A stretch of 64,000 nucleotides of DNA, from NCBI GenBank assembly GCA_963789515.1, contig CAWBKW010000002.1, positions 510,464 to 574,463 on the forward strand, given 5' to 3'. The notes under the pieces are model-generated. The model did not search any database. It saw only the letters and a program-made list of their open reading frames with translations, and had not been told where the DNA came from. The DNA comes from an uncultured Coriobacteriia bacterium (GTDB lineage Bacteria > Actinomycetota > Coriobacteriia > Anaerosomatales > JAAXUF01). Below, one piece after another: positions 48,825-59,095 of the stretch. Positions within the stretch are counted from its first letter, which is position 1. Every line of letters begins with the position of its first letter. Made by a program: the position numbers and the translations under genes.

Positions 48825-50203
48825 CCTCGATGGGCGACATTCTCGTGCTTGGCCTGGGCCGGAGCGGCCGCGAGGCGGCGCGCATCGCTGCGATTCTGGT
48901 CTCGGATGGCCGTGCGCGTTCGGTGACCGCTCTGGACTCGGCTCAGACCGTCGAGCTGCAGCAGGTCGCCGAGCGTCTCAGGTCACTCGGCGTGCGCGTG
49001 GTCTTGGGCGCGACCACGGTGGAGGGCCGTTTCGGCGTCTGCGTCGCGAGCCCGGGGATTCCGCCCCACGCCGACCTGATGAAGGCGGCTGCCGTGGCGG
49101 CCGACAGGGTCATCTCCGAAGTGGAGTTCGCATTCCTGCTCTCCTCGCAGCCCTGGATCGCCATCACCGGTACCAACGGCAAGACGACCACCACCGCACT
49201 GGTGACTCATCTGCTCAACACGGCGGGCATCCCGGCGCGCTCGGTCGGCAACTACGGACCGCCCGCCGTCGAGGCGGCCGTCGAAGCCTCGCGAAGCGAG
49301 GTGCTGGTCGCCGAGGTCTCGTCGTTCCAGCTGGCTCACATCGACACGTTCCACCCCAGGGTGGCAGTCCTGCTCAACATCACGCCTGACCACCTCGACT
49401 GGCATGGGTCCCTCAGCTCCTACGCCGCCGACAAGGCCCGGGTCTTTGAGAATCTCGAGGCCGGCGACACGGCGGTGATCGACGTCGACGACCCCGGATC
49501 GCGGCCGTACGCGCAGCTGCTGGAGGCCCGCGGCGTCGAGGTGGTTCGTGTCAGCCTGCTCGAGCACCATGCGTCAGGGGCCAACGCGGCAGGCGGCGTG
49601 CTCGTCCTGGAGACCCGTGGCGGCCCCGTCCGTCTGGTGCGCACCGATGAGCTGCAGATTCGGGGACCGCACAATGTCAGCAACGCGCTGGCGGCTGCGG
49701 CTGCTGCGCACGCCCTCGGCGCGACTCCGGCGGCGCTCCGATCGGGTCTCTCGTCCTTTGAGCCCATCGAGCACCGTCTCGAACCTGCAGGGGTGGTCGA
49801 CGGGGCCGCCTGGTTCAACGACAGCAAGGCCACCAACCCGGATGCCGTCTTCAAGGCGCTCACCGCGTTCCCCGAGCAGCCGCTCATCGTCCTGCTCGGC
49901 GGAAGGAACAAGGGCAACGATTTCGGCCCACTCGCGGCCGCGGTCTCCGCGCGCGCGAAGGCGGCGGTTCTCTTCGGCGAGGCGCGGGGGGAGCTTGCCC
50001 GGGCCTTCCGGGGAGCGGCTGTCCATGTGGTCGAAGCAGTGAGCCTCTCAGACGCCTGCGAGGCGGCCAGGGCGCTTGCGGAACCGGGCGACGCGGTCGT
50101 TCTGTCGCCTGCTTGCGCGTCCTTCGACGAGTTCACGTCCTACGAGCACCGCGGGAAGGTCTTCAAGGGCATCGTCGCCGCGATGTCGGGGAGCGACGCC
50201 TGA
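48821..50203 (+). CDS. murD: UDP-N-acetylmuramoylalanine–D-glutamate ligase
   Basis: …IAITGTNGKTTTTALV…NDSKATNPDA… GTG 48821 overlaps the mraY stop. ATG 48830 is the alternative. Confidence 0.9.
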   Translation: MTSMGDILVLGLGRSGREAARIAAILVSDGRARSVTALDSAQTVELQQVAERLRSLGVRVVLGATTVEGRFGVCVASPGIPPHADLMKAAAVAADRVISEVEFAFLLSSQPWIAITGTNGKTTTTALVTHLLNTAGIPARSVGNYGPPAVEAAVEASRSEVLVAEVSSFQLAHIDTFHPRVAVLLNITPDHLDWHGSLSSYAADKARVFENLEAGDTAVIDVDDPGSRPYAQLLEARGVEVVRVSLLEHHASGANAAGGVLVLETRGGPVRLVRTDELQIRGPHNVSNALAAAAAAHALGATPAALRSGLSSFEPIEHRLEPAGVVDGAAWFNDSKATNPDAVFKALTAFPEQPLIVLLGGRNKGNDFGPLAAAVSARAKAAVLFGEARGELARAFRGAAVHVVEAVSLSDACEAARALAEPGDAVVLSPACASFDEFTSYEHRGKVFKGIVAAMSGSDA

Positions 50204-51441
50204 TGGCCCGCAAACCATACGCCGGAGGATCGGTCGCACGGTACCTGCTGCTCGGCTCGGCCGTCTTCCTCACGATCTTCGGGCTGGTCATGATCTACTC
50301 GGCCTCGTCCATCTCGGCGTTCGTGAAGGAAGGTTCCGCGACCCACTTCTTTGTGCGACAGCTCGTCTTCGTGCTGTTGGGCGGCGCGCTCGCCACCGTG
50401 GTCGCACGGTTCGACTATCGGCGCCTCCAGGGACAGCTGGGATACCAGGCGTGGTGGGTGAGCATCGCGTTGCTCGTGCTCACGTACGGGTACGGCGTGG
50501 TGCGTGGTGGTGCCCGTCGCTGGATACCGCTCGGATTCACCCAGCTCCAGCCGTCCGAGCTGACCAAGATCGCGTGCGTGCTCGTCGCAGCGGCCTTGGC
50601 CGTGGAGTGGCAGCGCGGTCGACTGGACACCAGCGAGTACCTGAAGAAGCTGGGCATCTACGTCGGAGTCCCGGCCGTCCTCATCGTCTTCCAGCCGGAC
50701 CTGGGGACCGCGATCCTCATGGCGGTCGGCGTCGGGATCGTGCTGTTTCTCGGGGGCATCGAGCTCCGATGGGTCGGGCTCGCGGGCGCACTGATCGTCG
50801 CGTTCGGAGTGTTCGCCGTCGCGATCGCGCCGTATCGTCTGGCGCGCGTGACCACGGCGTTCAATCCCTGGGACGATGCCCAGGGCAAGGGTTACCAGGC
50901 TGTCCAGGCGCTTCTCGCGTTCGGTACCGGCGGCATCAAGGGAGTGGGGCTTGGGCTCTCCCGGCAGAAGTTCTTCTATCTGCCTGAGGCGCACACCGAC
51001 TTCATCTTCGCGATCATCGGTGAAGAGGCCGGCCTGATCGGCACGCTCGCGGTGGTCGCCGCGTTCGTCGTCCTGCTCTATGCCGGGATACGCATCGCCA
51101 CCGGCGCTCGCGATCCCTTCGGGCGGCTCGTGGCCGGTGCGCTCACCGGGATGCTGGCATTCCAGGCGGCGCTGAACATGGCCGCCGTCACAGGCATCTT
51201 CCCGGTCACCGGAAAGCCGCTTCCGTTCATCAGCTACGGTGGCTCCTCTATGCTGGTCACGCTGGTTTGTGTTGGACTGATCCTGTCGGTCTCTGAGTTC
51301 GGTGCGCATGCTCCGCGAGCGGTGCGCGCGACGCCGAGGAGCGAGGAGCGTGTTCGTGCGAATCCTGATGAGCGGCGGAGGCACGGCGGGTCACGTGTAC
51401 CCCGCCCTGACGGTCGCCGAGCAGTTCGCCGCCGCGCCTGA
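50203..51441 (+). CDS. ftsW: SEDS-family peptidoglycan glycosyltransferase FtsW
   Basis: ATG overlapping the murD stop (TGATG). MARKPYAGGSVARYLLLGSAVFLTIFGLVMIYSASS…. The 3' end is uncertain. The last ~40 aa of the ORF are Arg-rich and overlap murG by about 90 nt, suggesting a terminal frameshift. The true stop may be near 51350. Confidence 0.8.
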   Translation: MARKPYAGGSVARYLLLGSAVFLTIFGLVMIYSASSISAFVKEGSATHFFVRQLVFVLLGGALATVVARFDYRRLQGQLGYQAWWVSIALLVLTYGYGVVRGGARRWIPLGFTQLQPSELTKIACVLVAAALAVEWQRGRLDTSEYLKKLGIYVGVPAVLIVFQPDLGTAILMAVGVGIVLFLGGIELRWVGLAGALIVAFGVFAVAIAPYRLARVTTAFNPWDDAQGKGYQAVQALLAFGTGGIKGVGLGLSRQKFFYLPEAHTDFIFAIIGEEAGLIGTLAVVAAFVVLLYAGIRIATGARDPFGRLVAGALTGMLAFQAALNMAAVTGIFPVTGKPLPFISYGGSSMLVTLVCVGLILSVSEFGAHAPRAVRATPRSEERVRANPDERRRHGGSRVPRPDGRRAVRRRA

Positions 51442-52508
51442 CGAGGTTGTCTTCGTCGGCACACCTGACGGACTCGAGGCTCGCATCGTTCCTGCGGCAG
51501 GGGTCGCGTTTCGACCGCTCGCGGCATCAGGTTTCGACCGCGCGCGGCCCTGGACACTCGTCACCTCGTCGCTCCGTATCGCCGCATCCACTGTGCGCGC
51601 CTGGCGCTGGTTCGGCACCGACCGGCCTGACGTCGTCATCGGGTTCGGCGGGTACGTGTCGATCCCGGTCGGTTTCGCCGCCGCATTGCGGCGGATACCG
51701 CTGGTGCTGCACGAGCAGAACTCCGTGCCGGGCATCGCGAACCGCGTTCTGTCGCGCTTCGCCGCTGCCGTCGCGGTCACATACGAGGAGTCCGCTCCGC
51801 GGTTCGCTCACCCTGATCGGGTGGTCGTCACCGGAAACCCTGTCAGGCGTGCGGTGCTCGACGCCGACCGGGACACCGGTCGCACGGCGCTGGGACTGCC
51901 GGCGGAGGCCACCGTCCTGCTGGTGTTCGGCGGGAGCAGGGGTGCGCGTCACCTCAATACCGTTCTGGTCGGCATGCGCGACAGGTTGCTCGCGATCCCC
52001 GGTCTGCAGATCGTGCACGTGGCGGGGAAGGCGGAGAGTTCCAGCGTGAGCGCGGCGCTCTATCAAGCGGGCGGCGACGGAGGCGGACGGTGGCGGGTGA
52101 TGGACTACCTCGACGACATGGGCTCGGCGCTCGCGGCGTGCGACTTGGTGGTCGCGCGCGCCGGAGCGACTTCCATTGCGGAGATCACGGCCCTGGGGCT
52201 GCCGTCCGTCCTGGTGCCGTACCCCTATGCGACCGATGACCACCAGACCAAGAACGCGGCCTCACTGGCCGCTCATGGCGCCGCTCGCGTCGATCGCCGA
52301 TGGCGACCTCGACGACCAACAGTTCGGTGACGTGGTCGTCGCCCTGCTCGGCGACCCGGAGGCGCGTGCTACCATGTCTGCCGCGTCGCGCGCGCTCGGA
52401 CGGCCCGATGCGGCCGCCCGCGTGGCCGAGCTCGCCCGATCGGTCGCCGCTCGGCGCGGTGGCCGACGCGACACCCGATCTGACACTGCGGAGGACTCCG
52501 TTGCCTGA
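51350..52508 (+). CDS. murG: UDP-GlcNAc:Mur-pentapeptide-PP-undecaprenol GlcNAc transferase; one apparent frameshift near 52270
   Basis: GTG 51350 with a GAGGAGCGAGGAG RBS. …VRILMSGGGTAGHVYPALTVAEQ…. The C-terminus continues in frame 0 (…IADGDLDDQQFGDVVVALLGDPEARATMSAASRALGRPDAAARVAELA…) up to the TGA at 52506-08. Confidence 0.85.
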
Positions 52509-53903
52509 CCAGGTGTATGCGCACTTCATCGGAGCCGGCGGCGCCGGCATGAGCGGCATCGCGCTCGTGCTCGCCGGTCGCGGGGCGCTCGTCACCGGCA
52601 GCGATCTGAAGGAATCGCGCTACTCACGCGCGCTCGAGGCCGCCGGAGTCCCGGTCGCGATCGGCCATCGAGGCCGGCAACCTCGGCACTCCGGAGATCG
52701 TCGTCGTCTCCTCGGCGATTCCCGACACCAATCCCGAGGTCGTCGAAGCGGCCCGGCTCGGTATCCCGATCTGGCCGCGGGCCCGGATGCTCGCGCACTT
52801 GGCCGGCGGGCGCACGACCGTCGCGGTCGCGGGCACGCACGGCAAGACCACCACGAGTTCGATGATGGCGACGATGCTCTCCGGCATGGGCCTCGATCCG
52901 ACGTTTCTCATCGGCGGAGAGGTGTGCGGCTTCGACACCAACGCGGTCAACGGGGCTGGCGAGTACTACGTGGTGGAGGCCGACGAGTCCGACGGCTCGT
53001 TCGTGTTCCTCGATCCCCAGGTCGCGATCGTCACCAACATCGAGGCGGATCATCTCGACCACTACGGCACGCTGGCACGGGTCGAGGAGACCTTCGTCGA
53101 GTTCATGAGCCGGGTCGCCGACGATGGTGCCCTCGTCGTGTGCGGCGACAGCCCGCGGGTCATCGAGTTGGCCGCGCAGGCGGACCGACGAGTCGTCACC
53201 TACGGCTTCGCCGAGCGCTGCGACGTGCGTTGCCGGGTGGTCGGCCGAGAAGGCATCGGCACGCGCTTCGAGGTCTTGTTCCCCGACGGGACGGCCGTCA
53301 CGGCTGTCACGCGTGTCCCTGGCGACCACATGGCCTTGAACGGGACCGCGGCGCTTGACCGCGGCCTGGGTGCTCGGGCTCGATGTCACCGCTGCTGCCG
53401 AAGCGCTCTCAGGCTTCTCGGGGGTGCGCCGCCGGTTCGATATGGTCGGGGAGGTCGACGGAGTCACGGTTGTCGACGACTACGCCCACCACCCGACCGA
53501 AGTGCGCGCGACGCTCGCCGCCGCCCGTGCACTGGGCTTCGAGCGCGTCGTCGTGCTCTTCCAACCGCACCGCTACTCGCGCACCGAAGCGCTGGCAGGC
53601 GATTTCGGCGACGCGTTCGCAGACGCCGATCGAGTCGTGTTCATGGACGTCTACAGCGCCGGTGAGGCGCCCATCCCCGGAGTCAGCGGCAAGACCCTTG
53701 TCGAGCGGCTTCTGGGCAGCCACCCGCGAGCGCAGGTGGCCTACCTGCCGCACCGCGGGGACGTCGTCGCCTTCCTCGCTTCCCGCTGCCGGCGGGGCGA
53801 CCTCGTTCTCACCATGGGTGCGGGCGACGTGACGGCGGTGGGACCTGAGTTGGTGCGCGAGCTCGCGACACCCGGTGGTTCGGACGGCCCACGGTGTCTG
53901 TGA
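52501..53903 (+). CDS. murC: UDP-N-acetylmuramate–L-alanine ligase; two apparent frameshifts (near 52670 and 53355)
   Basis: TTG 52501 with a GGAGGA RBS, overlapping the murG stop. …VYAHFIGAGGAGMSGIALVL… then frame 2 …VAVAGTHGKTTTSSMMATML…, then frame 0 …TAAWVLGLDVTAAAEALSGFSGVRRRFD…VVDDYAHHPTEV…. Confidence 0.85.
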
Positions 53904-54811
53904 CGGAGGCCGTCTCCCGACTCCGAGAGTCGATGAGTGGCGCGGTGCGCGTGCGTGAGCCCATGACGCGCCACACGACCTTCCGCATCGGCGGGCCGGC
54001 CGCGCTGTCCTGTTGGAGTGCGATACCGTCGCCGACCTCGCATGCGCCACGACCGTCCTCTCCGAAGAGGGCGTCGAGTGGACGGTACTGGGCAAGGGCA
54101 GCAACGTCCTGGTCTCCGACTCTGGTTACGAGGGTGCTGTACTCGTCTTGGGCAAGGGCTTCAAGCGTCACGCGATCGAGGGCGAGCAACTGCGCACGGG
54201 CGCCGGAGTCATTCTCGGCGCCGTGGTTCAGGACGCATTCAAGGCGGGGCTCTCTGGTCTGGAGTTCGCTGTGGGCATCCCCGGTACGGTCGGCGGAGCG
54301 CTCGCGATGAACGCCGGCAGTCGGGACGAATGGATCGGCTCGATCGTGGAGTCGGTGACGCTGTTCGTTCCTGGGGAGGGGCTTGTCGGCGTGCGTGGAC
54401 CGGAGATCGCGTGGGGGTACCGTCGGACCGATCTTCCCGTCGCGGGGGATCGTGGTCGAGGCGGTCTTGCGGGTCACCGAGTCCGACGCGGTGCACATGC
54501 GCCGCTCGATGGAGGCGAGCCTGCGCACGGCGCAAGCGCTCTCAGCCGCTTGGGCATGCCGAGCGCCGGGAGCGTGTTCGTCAATCCTGACGGTGATTCG
54601 GCGGGCCGGCTCATCGAGGCGGCAGGGCTGAAGGGCGCGCGCGTAGGTGGCGCAACCGTTTCCGAGGTACACGCGAACTTCATCGTCAACAGCGGTGGAG
54701 CGACGGCCACCGATGTCGTGGAGCTGGTACAGACTCATCCGCGACACAGTGAAGGAATCGTATGGCATCGAACTCAGGCCGGAAATCCGGTTCCTCGGGT
54801 CGTTCGTCTAG
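53894..54811 (+). CDS. murB: UDP-N-acetylenolpyruvoylglucosamine reductase; about four apparent frameshifts
   Basis: GTG overlapping the murC stop. The FAD-binding motifs …TTFRIGGPA… and …VLGKGSNVLVSD… are present. …GIPGTVGGALAMNAGS… is in frame 1, …SRGIVVEAVLRVTESDAVHMRRSMEA… in frame 2 and …MPSAGSVFVNP…ATVSEVHANFIVN… back in frame 1. The typical C-terminus …[24 protein letters not shown] is in frame 2, ending at the TAG 54809-11. Shifts fall near 54005, 54440, 54545 and 54735. Confidence 0.8.
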
Positions 54812-55742
54812 CCGCAAGCGCGTCGTCATCGGCGCTGACGAGACGGTCCGGGTCCGCTATAGCCGAGACAAGCCCGAGGTCGAGTCCGAGCGCAGAAAGA
54901 CCCCTCGGCAGTCCAAGCGCGACTCCACTCCCTCTGCCTCGAAGTCGCCGCGGCCGTCATCGGCCGGCCGGCGGATGGCCAACGAGAAGCGTGACGAGCG
55001 GGAGCGGCGCAAGCGCTCCATTGCGCGGCGGCGGGCGCAGTCGTGGTCGCGGGAGCGCTTGGGCAGTGGCCGCGGTCTGTGGGGACTGTCGGCTCTGTGG
55101 CGCGCTCCGCTGTTTCCCGTCGAGACGGTGGAGGTCACCGGCGCCAGCCGTCTGACCACGCAGTCGGTTCTCGCCTCGGCGGCGGTTCCCGCGGATGCGA
55201 CGCTGCCGAGGCTCCCGAAGTCGCAGATACTCGCTCGGCTCACGGCGAATCCTTGGGTGGCCGAGGCGTCGTTGACGCGCACGCTTCCCGGAACGGTCAA
55301 GATCGCGATCGTCGAGCGGACGCCGGTTGCGCTCGTCGACGCGGGCGGGGCCGAACTGTGGCTCATCTCATCAGACGGTCACTGGCTCGGCCGAAGGAGT
55401 GCGGAAGACACCATCGTTGTGCCGACCGTGAGAGAGGCTCCCGGCGCCGTACCGATCGCCGGCAAGGCGACTTCGTCCAAGGAGCTGAGGAACGCGTTGG
55501 CGGTGATCACCGGATTGAGCCCCGAACTGCGGGGGAGGGTCAAGACGGTCTCGGCGCCCACCGTTGACAAGACCGCGCTCACCCTGGCGGACAGCATCCA
55601 GGTGTTCGTGGGCAGTGCGGAGGAGATCGCCAAGAAGGACCAGCTCGTCCGGGAGATCCTCGGAAAAGAGAAGAAGCTGGTCTACATCAACGTCCGCGTG
55701 GTGGAGCGGCCGACGTGGCGAGGGCTTGACGCCGCCAACTGA
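54762..55742 (+). CDS. ftsQ: cell division protein FtsQ/DivIB (POTRA domain)
   Basis: An Arg/Ser-rich cytoplasmic N-terminus followed by …[70 protein letters not shown]… (POTRA). The expected TM helix is not readable in the main frame (…[12 protein letters not shown]…), which may mean a local double frameshift. Start ATG 54762 overlaps murB by about 50 nt. Confidence 0.7.
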   Translation: MASNSGRKSGSSGRSSSRKRVVIGADETVRVRYSRDKPEVESERRKTPRQSKRDSTPSASKSPRPSSAGRRMANEKRDERERRKRSIARRRAQSWSRERLGSGRGLWGLSALWRAPLFPVETVEVTGASRLTTQSVLASAAVPADATLPRLPKSQILARLTANPWVAEASLTRTLPGTVKIAIVERTPVALVDAGGAELWLISSDGHWLGRRSAEDTIVVPTVREAPGAVPIAGKATSSKELRNALAVITGLSPELRGRVKTVSAPTVDKTALTLADSIQVFVGSAEEIAKKDQLVREILGKEKKLVYINVRVVERPTWRGLDAAN

Positions 55743-55914
55743 CGGTCGAACCGCGCCGGCGTCCTCGCGGGGATACGCCCGGAAGAACAAGATGCAACAG
55801 ACCCCTTGCACTGGGGGTAAGGTTTATGCGAAGATTGAGCGTTCCACCCGCACAGTAACGGTCAACTTGAGGTTTAGGGTAGCAGCTCTGACCGGGTTCC
55901 GGGGGAGGCGAGAC

Positions 55915-56995
55915 ATGCTCGATACAGGTGCCAACTACTTGGCTGTCATCAAGGTCGTCGGCGTCGGCGGTGGCGGAACGAACGCCATCAATCGCATGGT
56001 CGAGGCTGGCGTCAAGGGCGTCGAGTTCATCGCGGTGAACACCGATGCCCAGGCGCTGCTGATGTCGGATGCGGACTACAAGGTCCACGTCGGGCGTCAA
56101 TCTCACCAAGGGGCTCGGCGCTGGCGCTGACCCCGACGTCGGCTTCCAGGCCGCCGAAGAGAACCGCGGGGAGATCAAGGAGGCGCTCCAGGGCGCTGAC
56201 ATGGTGTTCATCACGGCGGGCGAGGGCGGTGGCACCGGAACCGGTGCCGCTCCCGTCATCGCTCAGATCGCCAAAGAGGAGATCGGCGCTCTGACCGTCG
56301 GCGTCGTCACGCGACCCTTCGCGTTCGAGGGCCGCAAGCGCGCCCTGCAGGCCGAGGACGGCATCAAGCGACTCGGCGACATGGTCGACACGCTCATCAT
56401 CATCCCCAACGACCGCCTGCTCCAGGTCGCCGAGAAGAAGACGTCGATCCTCGACGCGTTCCGAATCGCAGACGACATCCTGCGGCAGGGCACCCAGGGC
56501 ATCACCGACCTCATCACGGTCCCGGGTCTCATCAACCTCGACTTCGCCGACGTGCGCACGATCATGGCCGATGCCGGGTCCGCTCTGATGGGCATCGGGC
56601 TGGCCACGGGCGACAACCGCGCGCACGACGCCGCGGCAGCCGCGATCTCAAGCCCGCTGCTCGAGTCCTCGATCCAGGGCGCCACGGGCGTGCTGCTCTC
56701 GATCTGTGGTGGCAGCGACCTGGGACTGTTCGAGGTCAACGAGGCGGCTGAGGTCGTCGCAGCGGCCGCCGCCCCGGACGCCAACATCATCTTCGGTGCC
56801 GTCATCGACGACTCGATGATGGATCAGATCCGCGTGACGGTGATCGCGACCGGATTCAACGGTCGCAAGCGGCAGGAGACCATGGCATTCTCCGCGAGCG
56901 AGGACGAGGACGGAACGCCGTTCATGCCGTCCTTCGAGCCCATCGCCGAAGAGGACCTCGACATCCCGGCGTTCCTGAAGAAGCGCTCCTTCTAG
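55915..56995 (+). CDS. ftsZ: cell division GTPase FtsZ; one apparent frameshift near 56100
   Basis: ATG 55915 with a GGGGGAGG RBS. …[17 protein letters not shown]… is the T1 loop. Then frame 2 …[11 protein letters not shown]…[24 protein letters not shown]… is the T4 tubulin signature, followed by the C-terminal …[11 protein letters not shown]. Confidence 0.95.
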
Positions 56996-57012
56996 ACGGC
57001 ATGCATCAGTTT

Positions 57013-57056
57013 GGATCCGGTGGCGACGACGGCGCGACCTCGTCGCCACCGGATCC
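57013..57056 (+). terminator. perfect 17-bp-stem hairpin immediately after ftsZ (GGATCCGGTGGCGACGA-N10-TCGTCGCCACCGGATCC)
   Basis: Read directly. It starts 18 nt after the ftsZ stop and is followed by ttcagttctgagg. Confidence 0.7.
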
Positions 57057-57090
57057 TTCAGTTCTGAGGACTCTGAGCACGACACATGCG

Positions 57091-57121
57091 GAAGGCCCGC
57101 CGACGACGTCGGCGGGCCTTC
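57091..57121. terminator. second palindromic hairpin (GAAGGCCCGCCGACG…CGTCGGCGGGCCTTC); possibly a bidirectional terminator shared with the convergent minus-strand gene
   Basis: A near-perfect palindrome. It is followed on the plus strand by TTGGTT and lies 20 nt beyond the stop of the minus-strand gene that ends at 57142. Confidence 0.5.
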
Positions 57122-57141
57122 TTGGTTGAACGATGCTGCCC

Positions 57142-58143
57142 CTATGAGCTCGGAACGTCCGGGTTCGCGGGCGGTGCAGGCGGAGCTGCCGGAGGCGCCG
57201 GGGGAGCTGCGGGAGGCTCATACGGCGCTGCAGGAGCCGGAGGGGCCATCGGCGCCGCAGGAGGAGCGACAGGGGCCGCAGGAGGAGCAGGAGGCGTGTA
57301 CGCGGGGGGAGCTGACGGGGCCTCGGGCGGCGCTGCCGGAGCGACCGGGGCTGCCGGTGGTGCAGGCGGGGCCACAGGGGGAGCGGGCGGTGCATACGCC
57401 GGGGGCGTTGGGGCCGCAGGAGGGGCGTAGGCGCCTGCGGGCGGTATGTAGCCCGGCACTCCGACGGGCGCGGCCACCTGCTGGATGCCATAGGACCTCG
57501 CGGCCCACTGACCGAAGATGTGCCCGGTGATCATGATGCTGAGGTAGTACACGGCGGGAACGAGGATGGAGCCGATGAAGGTCGCCCCCAAGATGCTGAC
57601 GGCGAGGCCGGCGGCGAAGGAGACCACGATCGCCCACAGCCATGCCGCCCAGTAGCCGGATCCGTCTCGCACGCGAGCGAGGATCTCGGAGAACTGGAAG
57701 AACGCGCCGAACTCGCCCTTGATCGCGTAGTTGACGGTTGCGGCGTAGAACACGATCGCCACGGCGATGGAGTAGACGATGGCGAAGAGCCAGAAGAGGC
57801 ACATGCCGCCGGCCGCCAGTCCCCCGAGCCCGTTGCTGTCCGAGGCGGCCGCGATGACCACAGGGATGGCGAAGATGAATCCGAGGACGATCACCGGCAG
57901 GAAGTAGATGAAGCCGGCGACGAGCAGCAGGAAGCCTTTGACCCACTTGGCTCCGAAATCGCTCCAGTCCGGCAGGTCCTCGCGGCCCTCAGAGACACCC
58001 TTGATGTACTCGAGCTGGGCACCGTACACTGCGGGGCTGGTGACGCCGAGAAGCATCCAGAGCCAGCCCAAAAGGGTCTTCTTGACCCAATCGGTGTCGG
58101 CGAACGGAGCTTTGAACGCTCGCCCCAAGTCGATCTTGTCCAT
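57142..58143 (-). CDS. polytopic membrane protein with a ~110-aa Pro/Ala-rich C-terminal tail (family uncertain; DUF4013-like appearance)
   Basis: ATG 58143 with an AGGAGGGG RBS. MDKIDLGRAFKAPFADTDWVKKTLLGWLWMLLGV… has 5-6 TM helices. The C-terminus is a PAPPAAP-type low-complexity repeat. The ORF-track hit 57086..57430(+) is the antisense shadow of this tail. Confidence 0.6.
   Translation of the reverse strand: MDKIDLGRAFKAPFADTDWVKKTLLGWLWMLLGVTSPAVYGAQLEYIKGVSEGREDLPDWSDFGAKWVKGFLLLVAGFIYFLPVIVLGFIFAIPVVIAAASDSNGLGGLAAGGMCLFWLFAIVYSIAVAIVFYAATVNYAIKGEFGAFFQFSEILARVRDGSGYWAAWLWAIVVSFAAGLAVSILGATFIGSILVPAVYYLSIMITGHIFGQWAARSYGIQQVAAPVGVPGYIPPAGAYAPPAAPTPPAYAPPAPPVAPPAPPAAPVAPAAPPEAPSAPPAYTPPAPPAAPVAPPAAPMAPPAPAAPYEPPAAPPAPPAAPPAPPANPDVPSS
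57145..57480 (-). repeat. coding low-complexity repeat (Pro/Ala-rich, PPAxPxAPP units)
   Basis: …[95 protein letters not shown]…. Confidence 0.8.
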
Positions 58144-58303
58144 TGCGTCCCCTCCTGAGTCGATGTGTCCGTGACGGGCACTTTCGCATTGGATACCCTG
58201 AGAACGCAGGCACCAACTGCTGTCCCATATATTCCCTAACTGCCGGAGGCGCACGCGTGGATTCCTGCACTTTCTCTGCGCGACGTCGGATTCGCCTCAT
58301 CCG

Positions 58304-59095
58304 GTGAGTGTCTGGGCCGATGAGTCGCTTGAGCGGGATTCGGGCGTCGTCGTCGCGTTCTCCGAGCGAGGGGCGGCGTCAGCGACGCTCCGTTCGATGG
58401 TCTCAACCTGGCTGCGCACGTCGGCGACGACCCGGCGGCGGTCGACGAGAACCGGAGCAGGCTGCTCGCGCGCTCTGGGGCTGGCGGCATGGCGGGATCG
58501 TCTGACGATGGCGGAGCAGGTCCACGGCGACCGGATCGCGCTCGTCGACGCCGGGAGCGCCGGGTCGGGGGCGTTCGCCGCTCGGCGCGATGCCGCCGCT
58601 TGCAGGTACCGATGCGCGTCATGACCGTCGAGCCCGGGGTGCCGCTGCTGCTGTGCTTCGCGGACTGCGTCCCGGTCATCCTGGTGGCGCCCGGTCCTGC
58701 CGTCGCGGTCGTGCACGCCGGCTGGCGCGGCGCGCTCGGATCGCTCCCGGGGAGGACCGTTTCCGAGCTGGCTTCACTCGCCGGGTGTGAGGCCTCGTGA
58801 GGTCACCGCCTACATCGGTGCGCACATCCGCGCGTGCCACTATCAGGTCGAGTCCCGAAATCATGTCGCAATTCGTTAACACCTTTGGTACTCTTGCGCG
58901 GGCCGTCATCGGGGGGACTCGACCTCGACGCCGTAGTGTCCGCCAGCCTTGACCGTGCAGGAGTCGCGCCGTGCAACATCGCTCGTCTCGGGACGTGCAC
59001 CGCCGAGACCACCGACCGGTTCTTCTCGTACCGCGCCGAGGACGGGCGGACGGGACGGCACTCGGCGCTCGCGTGCATCGTCCCGCGCGTCCTAG
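58304..59095 (+). CDS. pgeF: peptidoglycan editing factor PgeF (YfiH / DUF152 laccase-domain family); at least four apparent frameshifts
   Basis: GTG 58304. …GVVVAFSE(R)GGVSDAPFDGLNLAAHVGDDPAAV… then …AEQVHGDRIALVDAG… and …LLLCFADCVPVILVAPGPAVAVVHAGWRGAL… (ADCxP and HAGWRG motifs). The C-terminal …TAETTDRFFSYRAEDGRTGRHSAL… pieces are spread over three frames. The end coordinate is approximate. Confidence 0.6.

Noticed and set aside
55743-55914. A promoter in the ftsQ-ftsZ intergenic region.
   Set aside because: TTGCAC, TTGAGC and TTGAGG hexamers are present but none has a TAnnnT box at 16-19 bp. Only the GGGGGAGG RBS is clear, so no promoter was called.
57086-57430. A plus-strand ORF encoding a Gly/Ala-rich GGAGGAAGG… protein.
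   Set aside because: It is the exact antisense of the Pro/Ala-rich tail of the minus-strand gene 57142..58143, which has a strong RBS and TM domain.
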